Shown here piece by piece: positions 48,401 through 57,299 of a DNA stretch of 64,000 bases; position 1 is the first letter of the stretch; every line of letters starts with the position of its first letter. A program made the translations under genes and the position numbers. The stretch is from Thermoplasmatota archaeon (GTDB lineage: Archaea > Thermoplasmatota > Penumbrarchaeia > Penumbrarchaeales > Penumbrarchaeaceae), in the NCBI GenBank assembly GCA_049472195.1, contig JBLIRG010000001.1:20522-84521 (forward strand). The letters run 5' to 3'. Under the pieces are notes generated by a model. That model had not been told where the DNA came from and did not search any database. It worked only from the letters and a program-made list of their open reading frames with translations.

Positions 48401-49576
48401 CTCCCATCTCAGACGATCGTCCGAATCGTTGTAATACCGATCCCTGGTCATGATCGCCGGAGATGACATCACAGCGGATCCGTTTCCCGACAGATTATAA
48501 TTCCATATCTCCTCCCCCGAGGAATTGAAAACCCTGAGATAACCGGACCACTCGTCCCAACCGGATCCCGATCCCTCCGACGTGCCGACGATTATCTCGC
48601 AGTCAGGGGATCCGGTAATATTCATAACAACCGGGGTCGCCAGGTTGTAATTCCCACCCGTCGCATTCGCGGTTATATTCATCACCAGACTGCCATTTTC
48701 ATATGAGGGATCGATGATATTGATGAAATTCCCAAAAGAGGTGAACACCAACTCCGTCGTTGGATCATTCCCTCGAGGATCTAGCGACTGCCATGGACCG
48801 TCCCATGCGCTTCCCTGAAGATCCTGTGCTACCGGAGTCGATCCCAATATCAGAGACGTATTGATCCGATTTCTCGAAAGAATATCTCCGTCCCCCGATA
48901 TGACCTCTATCCAATTGGTATTGTTATGGGCCGAGGAAGTGACGATGATCTCCAGATCCTCCTTTCCACCAAAAGTTCCATTGAGATCTGTGATGCAGGG
49001 GGTTCCGAAGTAGCAACCTGATGTTTCTCCCGTCTTCCATAGCTGAGTTCCGTTCGCACCCAGGCATACCAGTCCGGAGTACGAACAGATCAATACCTCT
49101 GGTCTTGGACCGTCTGTGATATCCCCGACAACAGGTGAGGGGAAGAACCGTGGCGGATCGAAATTCCCCGTGGTGGGATCCTCGAAATCCCCTATGGAGT
49201 TGATATTCAAAATGACCGGTGCATCCCAGTAATCCGTCCCGTTGTGATTGTAGGCCATTAGGATGCCGTTTTGAGTCATCACGAGAATCTCCTGATATCC
49301 ATCCAGATCTAGATCAGCAATACAAGGAGTGGATACCTGGCCGTTTAAAGGGTCCGGGAGATCAACCTGCCATTCAAGGCTTCCGAGGGGCCCTATGGGT
49401 GAGATGTCATCCGATCGTAAAACATTCTCGTCGTCGCATCCAAAGGCATGGTAATCCCGTTTTGAATCCTCGGGAATAACATCAGCGATCAACTCGATAT
49501 ATGATCCGGAAACGAGTATGAGAAGGATCGAAAATGATAACAAATATGATTTATGATATTCCATCGAACCTCTCAT
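45467..49576 (-). CDS. Paralog of the adjacent giant FG-GAP/PQQ-like beta-propeller surface protein
   Basis: 1369 aa with the same architecture as the neighbour: signal peptide, propeller repeats (DGFIYCLNSSSRDVRWKYNAWDRIRSSPAVFDWTGEEDYAVVVGTDRGRIYCLELD, IADLDLDGYQEILVMT), CARDB-like segments and a C-terminal TM helix LAVILFVVPILILIVVLIFL. A TATA-like tatatataat lies about 35 nt upstream. Confidence 0.8.
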   Translation of the reverse strand: MRGSMEYHKSYLLSFSILLILVSGSYIELIADVIPEDSKRDYHAFGCDDENVLRSDDISPIGPLGSLEWQVDLPDPLNGQVSTPCIADLDLDGYQEILVMTQNGILMAYNHNGTDYWDAPVILNINSIGDFEDPTTGNFDPPRFFPSPVVGDITDGPRPEVLICSYSGLVCLGANGTQLWKTGETSGCYFGTPCITDLNGTFGGKEDLEIIVTSSAHNNTNWIEVISGDGDILSRNRINTSLILGSTPVAQDLQGSAWDGPWQSLDPRGNDPTTELVFTSFGNFINIIDPSYENGSLVMNITANATGGNYNLATPVVMNITGSPDCEIIVGTSEGSGSGWDEWSGYLRVFNSSGEEIWNYNLSGNGSAVMSSPAIMTRDRYYNDSDDRLRWEYDIIFGSDDGFIYCLNSSSRDVRWKYNAWDRIRSSPAVFDWTGEEDYAVVVGTDRGRIYCLELDPSEGIDHGMPFTGDGPMQDVIWGYDQGISVGFSSPVISDIDLDRVPEVLIGDSEGNLLCIAGGGGTGTFQSEWTSFHGNENRTGYSGFIDRYRIDLYPTVRKAVRDSTIKEIKSGESTLFNITLENKCKLLEKDELMRIDLEVDNEYSDEGWYCRLDTPSYKGDEDPPYSWLRCGDVANLILHVYSPLKEFRIRGQIFKFNVTATLDGHPLYWDRMVLSVVMDVMTGLKMEFDAPVLEDPDDLLNGSKTMCITNGGSITADLIVENTGDVNDTFDIQLNEPPDYWDWYFNDSGTREITINLSTPMFDNEDHVVEAVLSIHIECHEDAMGEMIGSIEAVSNSLFMESSGFPYEFFSDILYIRVNESRYLEMNVDEPIVTTKPGEVVQFAISLTSTGNTYLNTAYLGFTNLTSDWNGFLSENPVSLILMETKIVYLNMTVPWDEKAGVIIDIDLTAYLYPDKGGRNKLSLQVVVEQVHSIRAELTDDIVSGDPGDILFSGITIENKGNGLEEIDLHVDDNDLFTMSFTMVEWIPFEPVALSPGDDLSIRTRIYIKNSARAGIYSSPIIIISSGGNISLDQMINVRTIHSLEITSLQGDAIISESIRPGGSSDLILKVTNTGNGLSTIRAHFNDDEVRDDPLNISKWHQWESTFTWISKEKTATAVNGMVPGNEIVNTTIMEPADKFGFTSDSGIDRIEVILESGGCLYIGFRVDFLHFSMGDRSRSIQFGINGIPIEGGGGDRVECILPILLPDLKFGWEPSLLSRDGSLISTSEDGDTVILKGSVSNTGDYEAEKIRVVLYIDEEFIDEFLIQYLDTGSLAPFEFEFTLDAGDHVIRIEIDPDNKIIEDRDQFSNGGAFNNNVFSTGFGVQETDGSGSGTQLAVILFVVPILILIVVLIFLTRRFGGGKPLSEE

Positions 49577-49659
49577 CCGGGCACCTCCTTTGGAGATATG
49601 TATATATAATTCTGATCGGTGATAAAATTTACCTTCCGATCAGGTTTAAGGTCGGGATA

Positions 49660-50247
49660 TCATCCGCTTTTTCCGGCCCCCTCCGAGATCATGATGGATA
49701 TCATCCTGGATCTCTTCCTGATATCCCCGTCCGGATGATCCTTGAGGGAATCAAGATAATCGGCGGCGGTCTCAATGCCCTCGATATGTCCTTTTCTCGC
49801 CATCCGAAAGAGAAATGACACGGTCCAGTACAATTCCGACAGCCTCCATCCCACGGGATTAGCCGGAGGGATCATCACCCTTCCGACCTTCCCGCAGTGC
49901 GGGCATTTCAATTTCTTTGGAAAAACAGGGGGATTGACCTCAACCGTTTTCATGCACGAGAGACACCTGATATTCGCGGGGCTGAAGCGGTCGGCGTTAT
50001 CGATTGCGGCAAGATAGGATGACATCATCCCAACGTGGTGTCTCACCTCCTCGTTGAGATCCTCCCTGGCCATCCTGTAAAGGATGTATGCGGAGAGAGT
50101 CCTCACCACGAAATCATCCGATCCGATGCCGTCGGTTACCGAATCGAGCTTCCTGAGAACCTCCGAGGGATCATCCATCGCCTTCTGTGCCAGGCGGATC
50201 ATTCCCGATCTTTCCCTTCCCCTCCCGATCCTTTTCAGAAAGGACAT
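49660..50247 (-). CDS. Hypothetical protein with a zinc ribbon
   Basis: 195 aa. Contains CLSCMK...CPHCGK (Cys4). The flanking helical repeats may be HEAT/PBS-lyase-like. Confidence 0.45.
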   Translation of the reverse strand: MSFLKRIGRGRERSGMIRLAQKAMDDPSEVLRKLDSVTDGIGSDDFVVRTLSAYILYRMAREDLNEEVRHHVGMMSSYLAAIDNADRFSPANIRCLSCMKTVEVNPPVFPKKLKCPHCGKVGRVMIPPANPVGWRLSELYWTVSFLFRMARKGHIEGIETAADYLDSLKDHPDGDIRKRSRMISIMISEGAGKSG

Positions 50248-50345
50248 GGACCGGGGTATCCACGATAATCCAGATATGGTTTGCGTATCGATCAGCTGAA
50301 AATCATCCCCAAAGTTATATAATCACCCGGGGGGAAATTTCATAC

Positions 50346-50762
50346 ATGGGCAAAGGGAACTTCATGTCCGTCAAGGGCTGGATCTCGCTGGTATTCGGAT
50401 TCGGATCCATCCTGCTTTTCGCGGAGCTGTTCGTGGGTGTCCTGATCCACGAGAAAAACGCCCTGTCATACCTCTTCTCTGTACCTGAATGGTCCATCAT
50501 AGGTTACATGGGCCTTCTTCTGTGGTTGGTTGCGATCGTCATAGGGGTCTGCTACAGGCTTTCCCGATCAAGGACCGAAAGAAGCGTCAAATCCATATTT
50601 CTCAGGGGAAGGGAGTCGTTCAAATGTCCTGAATGCGGAAGGATCAACAGGGCCGCGGGCGTAGGGTACCATAAAAGGATTGAATGCGGCTGCGGGAAGG
50701 AATACGATGTGTTCCAGGATATGCCCTGGGACGAGACATACGAGCAGGCGGATGATGCATGA
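50346..50762 (+). CDS. Small membrane protein with a C-terminal zinc ribbon
   Basis: Start set at MGKGNFMSVKGW, avoiding overlap with the divergent gene. Two TM helices are followed by FKCPECGRINRAAGVGYHKRIECGCGKEY. Confidence 0.45.
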   Translation: MGKGNFMSVKGWISLVFGFGSILLFAELFVGVLIHEKNALSYLFSVPEWSIIGYMGLLLWLVAIVIGVCYRLSRSRTERSVKSIFLRGRESFKCPECGRINRAAGVGYHKRIECGCGKEYDVFQDMPWDETYEQADDA

Positions 50763-52367
50763 TCATTTTTCGATCCTGATCCTTGCCAGCATCTCCTCCG
50801 CGGACAGGGAGTGGCCGATCTCCCGAAACGTCCTCTCACCGGCCAGTCCGTTGACGAACGCCGCAAGTCCGGCCGCATCGAACGTGGTCATCCCCCTGGC
50901 AATGAAACCGGTGCAGAGGCCCGACAGGATATCACCGGTCCCTCCCGCCGACATTGCCGGGTGGCCGGTGTCGTTGAGCCTTCTGGATATGATCCCGTGT
51001 TTGGTCGGCATCTGGATCCTTTCCCCGAGGGAGTGGGTCTCCGAAGAAACAATGACATCAACGGGCCCTTTCATCAGGACCTCTGCCCTGTGGGACCGGC
51101 AGAACGAGGCCACGGCGTCCATCAATCTCCCGTTCATGTCGATCACAACTCCCTTGGCCCTCTTGTACGGATCGGATATCTTCTTTCCCTCTGAGATGAC
51201 GTTCAATCCCTCGAGAAGCCTCATCAGCTCCCCGCGATGCGGCGTGAACAGTATATGACCGGGGGTCTTCGACATTTTGGTGGTTGATGAAAATCTTCCA
51301 GAAACAGCCGTAATCCCGTCCGCATCGACGACAATCCTGCTGCCTTCCTGGAGTGCATATGTGATGATCCGGGCCAATGTGTCAAGCGTCTCATCGTCGT
51401 TCCCGGCGCCGGGCCCTACCAGAACGCAGTCGGCCCATCTGACCAATTCCATCAACCGGTTCAAACAACCGGCATCTATCCGGTACGGATCCTTCGTCCG
51501 GAGCCTCTCCACGATCAGGTCCATGGAATACGAAGCGATCGTGTCGGATATGCCGATGGGCACCGCAACCCTGACAAGATTCGCACCCGCTTTCAAGGCC
51601 GCGATCGATGCAAGGGCCGGAGCTCCCGTGAACGGACCGCCTCCAATAACGAGAACCCTTCCCCCGTCCCCCTTTTTTGCATCCTCCGGGAGCGCCGGAT
51701 ATCTCTTCAGGTCCCCGGACCCCATGTAGATCGACGCCGCGGCAGGGATGCCGATATCCTTGACAACGATCTCCCCGCAGTATGGATGGGGCAGACCGTC
51801 GACATACATGTTCGTCTTCGCCTCGTGAAACGTCACGGTTACCCTGGCCTTGATGCAGGGCTCGAACCCGATGCCCGAGGGCATGTCCACGGACATGATG
51901 GGGACCCCGGACCCGTTCATTATCCGAACCGCCTCCCAGTAATTACCCCTTGGTTCACCCATGGCTCCCGCGCCCAGAAGCGCATCCACGAGCACGTCCG
52001 AATCCGAAAGCAGCGCACCGAACGAGGATGTATCGAGATCCTTCCCCAGTATGTAGGTATGAACGTCCTCCGGCAGGGATTGAAATGCATTCTTCGCAAG
52101 GTCCGTTCCTATATTCTCGGGGGATTTCATCAGGACGACCCTCACCTCGTATCCAAGATCGTTGATCGACCTGGCCGCTACGAAACCGTCGCCGCCGTTG
52201 TTGCCTGCCCCGCAAACGAAGGTCACCCTGCACACGTCGCAGTAAGCAACGATCTCTTCAGCCATGGCCTTACCGGCATTCTCCATGAGGGTGCTAGTCT
52301 CGACACCCTGCCATGCGCTGTTGGAATCGAGTATTGACACTTCCTTCGGCTCGATCAAACAAATCAC
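50763..52367 (-). CDS. nnr: Bifunctional NAD(P)H-hydrate repair enzyme Nnr (epimerase plus ADP-dependent dehydratase)
   Basis: The N-terminal YjeF-N domain contains GAGNNGGDGFVAAR. The C-terminal carbohydrate-kinase-like domain contains GGGPFTGAPALASIAALKAGA...GTGDILSG. A GTG start overlaps the upstream stop as GTGA. Confidence 0.85.
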   Translation of the reverse strand: MICLIEPKEVSILDSNSAWQGVETSTLMENAGKAMAEEIVAYCDVCRVTFVCGAGNNGGDGFVAARSINDLGYEVRVVLMKSPENIGTDLAKNAFQSLPEDVHTYILGKDLDTSSFGALLSDSDVLVDALLGAGAMGEPRGNYWEAVRIMNGSGVPIMSVDMPSGIGFEPCIKARVTVTFHEAKTNMYVDGLPHPYCGEIVVKDIGIPAAASIYMGSGDLKRYPALPEDAKKGDGGRVLVIGGGPFTGAPALASIAALKAGANLVRVAVPIGISDTIASYSMDLIVERLRTKDPYRIDAGCLNRLMELVRWADCVLVGPGAGNDDETLDTLARIITYALQEGSRIVVDADGITAVSGRFSSTTKMSKTPGHILFTPHRGELMRLLEGLNVISEGKKISDPYKRAKGVVIDMNGRLMDAVASFCRSHRAEVLMKGPVDVIVSSETHSLGERIQMPTKHGIISRRLNDTGHPAMSAGGTGDILSGLCTGFIARGMTTFDAAGLAAFVNGLAGERTFREIGHSLSAEEMLARIRIEK

Positions 52368-54979
52368 TCCAGTATCGATACCTCGACAGCCTCCACCGGT
52401 TCCTCTTCAGGCTCATCACCGCCCAGAAGCTGCATCGTTATGGCATCGGCCTCTTTTAGAATGTCCCGATCGGGCGGGGCCTTGAGAGGTTTCGCGGTCT
52501 CTTTTGAATCCTGCCTGATCGATGTTACCTCCACCCGGGGTTTCCCGGCAGGCTTCGACTGCTGTTCCGCGGCGGGCTTCTTCTTTGAGAACCTTATGTA
52601 GATGAACACCCCAGCCGCCAGCAGGACAAATCCTACCACAGCCACCACTATCAGGATCAGCGGATCGATCGACAGCGAATCATCGGTATTTCGGACATTC
52701 ACCTGAAACGTAACATCCCTCTCCAATCCGTCGGTGTAAGCCTCGATACTGACCGAGAAGAACATGTCCTCGTCTATCTCGAAAGCCTCAACATCCGCCT
52801 TCAGATCCTCGGAATCGCCGGGGGCCAGGCCGTTGACGGAAGAGGGGGTCATGTTCACCCCGAGCTCAGGAGGGCTCTCTATCCTGAAATCCAGATCGAC
52901 GATGGTGTTGCCCCGGTTCTGAACCGTCATGTTGACAATTATCTTCTTACCCTCGGACACCTCGTGAATTACATCGGGCTTTTCCGCTTCGAACTTCACA
53001 TCCATTATCTTCCTGATCTTCACAACGAGATCCAGGGAATCGGTGGTTCCGTCTCCCGCGACGGTGATCCGAACATCGAAACCGCCGTCGTCGACGTAGA
53101 GCTGTCCTTCCATGGGAGTGACGCTCAGGTTGAATCCCGTCCCCGTTCCGGGAAGAAGGTCCGCCGCATCGTTGTCCAGGTCCATATCCCATCCGGTCGG
53201 AATATCGGCATCTACCGAGAACTCGGTCCTCTCGAGAGTCGGGTTGTAGAGGTAGAGCCCGAAGGAAACGCTGCTGTATTTTATCGGGGTGGTCGTGCCG
53301 GATCTCGGGGCGGTCATCTCGGTAATCCCCGAAGGTACCGATATGACATCCATGCCCGGATCCACCACCAGAACCGAGAAGTACACGGACCGCTCCTCCG
53401 ATCCGCCCCTCGGTCTTGCATTCACCTTGAATTCGAAGGTGCCCCCGTCCTCAGACGATGAAACGGCAAGAGCTATCGAGACAAGTGTGTCATTTCCCGG
53501 TCCGACCTCGACATTGTAATAGGATCCCTCCTGGACCCCGTTGTCTGCCTCCATCTCGGATGTTATGGTGGATGGAAGACCCGAAACCGACATCTCGAAG
53601 ATCTTCGTGTCGTTCCTCAGATTGGTTAGACGGACCTGGTACTCCGCGTTCATACCGGGATTGACCGCTCTCTGGCTGTCCCCCACCGCCTCTATACCGA
53701 ACGTCGCCTCCCCCTTGACATAGATCTCGCCCGATACGGTGTACATTCTCCCGGCGTTCCTGGATGTCACCTTCATGGTGACGTTGGATTCCTCGCCGAT
53801 CCTGGCCTTGAGGGGGACGGTCACCCTGAACTCGACAGTCAGCTCCGCACCCGGTTCTATATCGATATCGTCCGGTGCCTGGACCGTCCATCCTCTCGTA
53901 TCCTGGGAGGAGAACGACAGCCTGTCGGTGGAACCCCCGCCGTTGAGTATCTTCATCCCGAATATGGCTATGTCACCGGCATCAACCTCGATCGATGACG
54001 GCCCGTCGAGAGCGACGTAGAGGCCCTCCGCAGCCGTGAGGGTGAAGGTTTCCGAGATGGTGAAACCCGTATGACTGATCCCGGTGATTATGACGTCATA
54101 ATCACCGACCGGCATCGACTCGGGCAGCTCCTCGGTGAAATTGTAGTATGTCCATTCCTGGCCGCCTCCGGGTTCGGGATCTGTCGTGGTCCTGTTCAGG
54201 AGAATATTACCCTCCGGGGATCTTATCAGAAGGTTTATGGATGCCACGTCGTAGGCGCCGAAATGGTCCTTGACACCGCAATGGAAGCTGACCGTCCTGG
54301 TCTCGGGAGGTCCGTTGGGCAGGATCTCCGAGATCTCGCTTCCACCGGGATTCGTCATCAGAAGGCTTATCCCGTCGTCGGGGATGGGTTGAGCATAGAA
54401 TGAGAGATATGAATTGCCTCCTGTTGGTGACTGATACAAGAACGTGTACAGGGGCTCCAATCCGGTAAATCCCTCTCCTTCCGTTATGTTCAGGACCAGC
54501 CTGATGACTGATCCGGCAGATATCGTTGTCCCGCCAGATATGGGTACCGCCAGATCGCTCTGATCAAGATCGCCCTGTTCTATCTGCGTTGATCCGATAA
54601 CATCCTCGATCCCGGTCGATTTTCGCTCGATGAGTTCGATCGATAGGACCACTCCGGTGGAACCAGGGGTAACCGTTCCACCCTCCAGGTGAAGGATCAC
54701 GACCGTTGAACCGGAATCAACGGGACCGCTTATCGGCATGTCATCGGTAACGGGCCAGAGGAGCTCGTAATCCTCCGGCTGCCCCATCACCATGCTCTCA
54801 GTAACCCTGGTTGTTCCCGAGGGAGGTATGGTATCAAGCTTCCCATTCTGTTGATACAGATATAGCCGGCAGTCGAAATCCTCCTGACCATCTGCACCCT
54901 CCAAATTCACTATCAGCAGAAATGCCGAGCTCAGCAGTATGAGCGACATCGCCAATGCGATGTGTTTACCTCCTGCCAT
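52364..54979 (-). CDS. Large surface (S-layer-like) protein with signal peptide, CARDB/Ig-like repeats, TM anchor and acidic tail
   Basis: Signal peptide MAGGKHIALAMSLILLSSAFLLIVNLEGADG. Multiple beta-sandwich repeats. C-terminal TM helix ILIVVAVVGFVLLAAGVFIYI. The cytoplasmic tail ends ...EPEEEPVEAVEVSILE. Confidence 0.7.
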   Translation of the reverse strand: MAGGKHIALAMSLILLSSAFLLIVNLEGADGQEDFDCRLYLYQQNGKLDTIPPSGTTRVTESMVMGQPEDYELLWPVTDDMPISGPVDSGSTVVILHLEGGTVTPGSTGVVLSIELIERKSTGIEDVIGSTQIEQGDLDQSDLAVPISGGTTISAGSVIRLVLNITEGEGFTGLEPLYTFLYQSPTGGNSYLSFYAQPIPDDGISLLMTNPGGSEISEILPNGPPETRTVSFHCGVKDHFGAYDVASINLLIRSPEGNILLNRTTTDPEPGGGQEWTYYNFTEELPESMPVGDYDVIITGISHTGFTISETFTLTAAEGLYVALDGPSSIEVDAGDIAIFGMKILNGGGSTDRLSFSSQDTRGWTVQAPDDIDIEPGAELTVEFRVTVPLKARIGEESNVTMKVTSRNAGRMYTVSGEIYVKGEATFGIEAVGDSQRAVNPGMNAEYQVRLTNLRNDTKIFEMSVSGLPSTITSEMEADNGVQEGSYYNVEVGPGNDTLVSIALAVSSSEDGGTFEFKVNARPRGGSEERSVYFSVLVVDPGMDVISVPSGITEMTAPRSGTTTPIKYSSVSFGLYLYNPTLERTEFSVDADIPTGWDMDLDNDAADLLPGTGTGFNLSVTPMEGQLYVDDGGFDVRITVAGDGTTDSLDLVVKIRKIMDVKFEAEKPDVIHEVSEGKKIIVNMTVQNRGNTIVDLDFRIESPPELGVNMTPSSVNGLAPGDSEDLKADVEAFEIDEDMFFSVSIEAYTDGLERDVTFQVNVRNTDDSLSIDPLILIVVAVVGFVLLAAGVFIYIRFSKKKPAAEQQSKPAGKPRVEVTSIRQDSKETAKPLKAPPDRDILKEADAITMQLLGGDEPEEEPVEAVEVSILE

Positions 54980-55214
54980 GTTATTAACCCCTATATAATG
55001 CCGGAATGGTCCCTGGGTTTATATATTTCCCTGCATGATCCCAACACCCGTAAACACGGAAAAACCGCATATTTATCGCAACGGATATGTAAAGGAAATA
55101 CAATATCCGCCCCGTCCCGATCCTTACGATGAACCCCCTGCATCGGTCGGGCAAGAGTGTTATCGATCCGTTTACCACCGGGATCGGACGGCGAAGGCAG
55201 GATGGTTGGGTATC

Positions 55215-57299
55215 ATGAGCAGGAGAATAGAGAAACACCCGATTCTTGAAGTTCCGGGGAGAAAGGAGGTGCCGTTCACCTGGAACGGAAGGGAGATGAC
55301 CGGTATCGAGGGGGAGATGCTCTCGTCGGCCCTGATCGCAAACGGAGTGGACATTTTCGGACACCATCCCAAGGATAAAAGCCCCCAGGGCATCTTCTGC
55401 GCCAACGGCCAGTGCGCCCAATGCCTCGTCATCGCAGACGGACTTCCCCAGAAATCCTGCATGACGCCCCTGGAAGAGGGCATGGAGGTCAGAAGCGTCG
55501 AGGGGCTTCCCGATCTTCCCGCCGACAACGATCCGGGGGAGATGTCGGAGATCCCGATCCGGGACGTCGATGTTCTGATCATAGGCGGAGGCCCATCGGG
55601 ATTATCGGCTGCCGTCGAGCTCGGGGAGAAGGGGGTCGACACCCTGATCATCGACGACAAGGACCGGCTCGGTGGAAAGCTCGTTCTGCAGACCCACAAG
55701 TTCTTCGGATCCGTGAAGGATTCCTACGCCGGGACCAGGGGGTTCGAGATCGGGAACATCCTCGAGAGGAAGGTAAGCGAGCTTCAGAGCGTTGAGGTTT
55801 GGTTGCAGACTACGGCGGTGGGCGTCTTCTCCGACAAGATCGTTGGAGCGGTCAGGAGCGGCACATACGTGAAGATCAGACCGAAAAAAATGCTGGTCGC
55901 CACCGGGGCCAGGGAGAAGATGCTCTCCTTTCCCGGGAACACCCTCCCCGGCGTTTACGGGGCGGGAGCCTTCCAGACTCTCGTGAACAGGGATCTGGTC
56001 AGATCGTCGGACAGGGTTCTGATCGTCGGGGGAGGGAACGTGGGCCTGATCGCCGGATACCACGCCATTCAGGCCGGGATCGAGGTGGTTGCTCTCGTGG
56101 AAGCCCTACCGCAGGTCGGAGGGTACAAGGTCCACGCTGACAAGCTGAGAAGGCTGGGCGTCCCCGTATTCACCGGGCACACCGTCGTATCCGCCCACGG
56201 CCGGGACAGGGTGGAATCGGTGGTGATAGCCCGGCTCGACAGTTCATGGAACATAGTCCCGGGAACGCACAGGTCCTACGAGGTGGACACGGTTCTGATC
56301 GCGGTGGGCCTCGATCCCGTGGACGAGTTCCATAAAAAAGGGAAAGCGTGGGGGATGGATGTTTACTCCGCCGGAGACGCCCAGGAGATCGCGGAGGCTT
56401 CCGCGGCCATGTTCACAGGGAAGATCGAGGGGCACAAGATCGCAAAGGCACTGGGGCTCGACGTCGGCGATGCTCCTTCCGAGTGGGATGAGAAAGCGGC
56501 GATCCTGAAATCGAAACCGGGCCCGACGCGCACCAGGGAGGATGCGAAGGACGATCACGGGGTGTTCCCCGTTTTCCACTGCTCCCAGGAGGTTCCCTGC
56601 AACCCGTGTACCTCGGTATGCCCCGTGGGAGTGATCAGGACGGAGAAGGACAGCATCACCGGGCTTCCGTATACGGTTGACCGCTCGAAATGCATCGGAT
56701 GTCTCAGCTGCGCGGCGATATGCCCCGGACTCGCGGTCAGCGTGGTGGATTTCAGGAAGGACCCCGATAGGCCAACGGTCACTCTCCCGTACGAGATCTG
56801 GAGGGACAAGGTCGGGGAAGGGACCTTGATCCCAGTTACGGACAACGATGCGGCGATACTGGGATACTATCCCGTCGAGAAGGTAATATCGAATCCCAGA
56901 TACCCGGGAACCCTGCTGGTCCAGGTGAAGATGGAGCCAGAGATGGCACGGAAGGCCATCGGGATCTGGGTCAAGGAGAAGGAGGTGGAGCCCTCCGAGG
57001 TGTACGAGAAGGGATCCCTCCCCGACGAAGCGGTCATATGCAGGTGCGAGAGGGTCACGGCGGGCGAGATCAGGGAAGCGATCAGATCCGGTTGCAGGGA
57101 CATGAACCAGCTGAAGGCCCTGAACAGGGCCGGAATGGGAGCCTGCGGCTCGAAGACGTGCAGATCGATGATCTACAGGATCTTCAGGGAGGAGGGGGTG
57201 GATCTCGGGGAGATCACGGACCGGACGGACAGACCGCTCTTCGTGGAGGTCCCCATGGGGGCTTTTGCGGGGATCCGGGGAGGTGGCTCCCGTGAGTGA
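55215..57299 (+). CDS. Alpha subunit of a heteromeric FAD-dependent amino-acid dehydrogenase (proline/sarcosine/opine dehydrogenase-like), with 2Fe-2S, FAD/NAD(P), 2x[4Fe-4S] and BFD-like domains
   Basis: Start set at ATG 55215 (MSRRIEKHP). An N-terminal HcnA/SoxA-like [2Fe-2S] domain contains IFCANGQCAQCLVIADG. Dinucleotide-binding motifs are present: VLIIGGGPSGLSAA and VLIVGGGNVGLIAG. A ferredoxin block contains CNPCTSVCP and CIGCLSCAAICP. A C-terminal BFD-like domain contains ICRCERVTAGEI...CGSKTC. Confidence 0.8.
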   Translation: MSRRIEKHPILEVPGRKEVPFTWNGREMTGIEGEMLSSALIANGVDIFGHHPKDKSPQGIFCANGQCAQCLVIADGLPQKSCMTPLEEGMEVRSVEGLPDLPADNDPGEMSEIPIRDVDVLIIGGGPSGLSAAVELGEKGVDTLIIDDKDRLGGKLVLQTHKFFGSVKDSYAGTRGFEIGNILERKVSELQSVEVWLQTTAVGVFSDKIVGAVRSGTYVKIRPKKMLVATGAREKMLSFPGNTLPGVYGAGAFQTLVNRDLVRSSDRVLIVGGGNVGLIAGYHAIQAGIEVVALVEALPQVGGYKVHADKLRRLGVPVFTGHTVVSAHGRDRVESVVIARLDSSWNIVPGTHRSYEVDTVLIAVGLDPVDEFHKKGKAWGMDVYSAGDAQEIAEASAAMFTGKIEGHKIAKALGLDVGDAPSEWDEKAAILKSKPGPTRTREDAKDDHGVFPVFHCSQEVPCNPCTSVCPVGVIRTEKDSITGLPYTVDRSKCIGCLSCAAICPGLAVSVVDFRKDPDRPTVTLPYEIWRDKVGEGTLIPVTDNDAAILGYYPVEKVISNPRYPGTLLVQVKMEPEMARKAIGIWVKEKEVEPSEVYEKGSLPDEAVICRCERVTAGEIREAIRSGCRDMNQLKALNRAGMGACGSKTCRSMIYRIFREEGVDLGEITDRTDRPLFVEVPMGAFAGIRGGGSRE

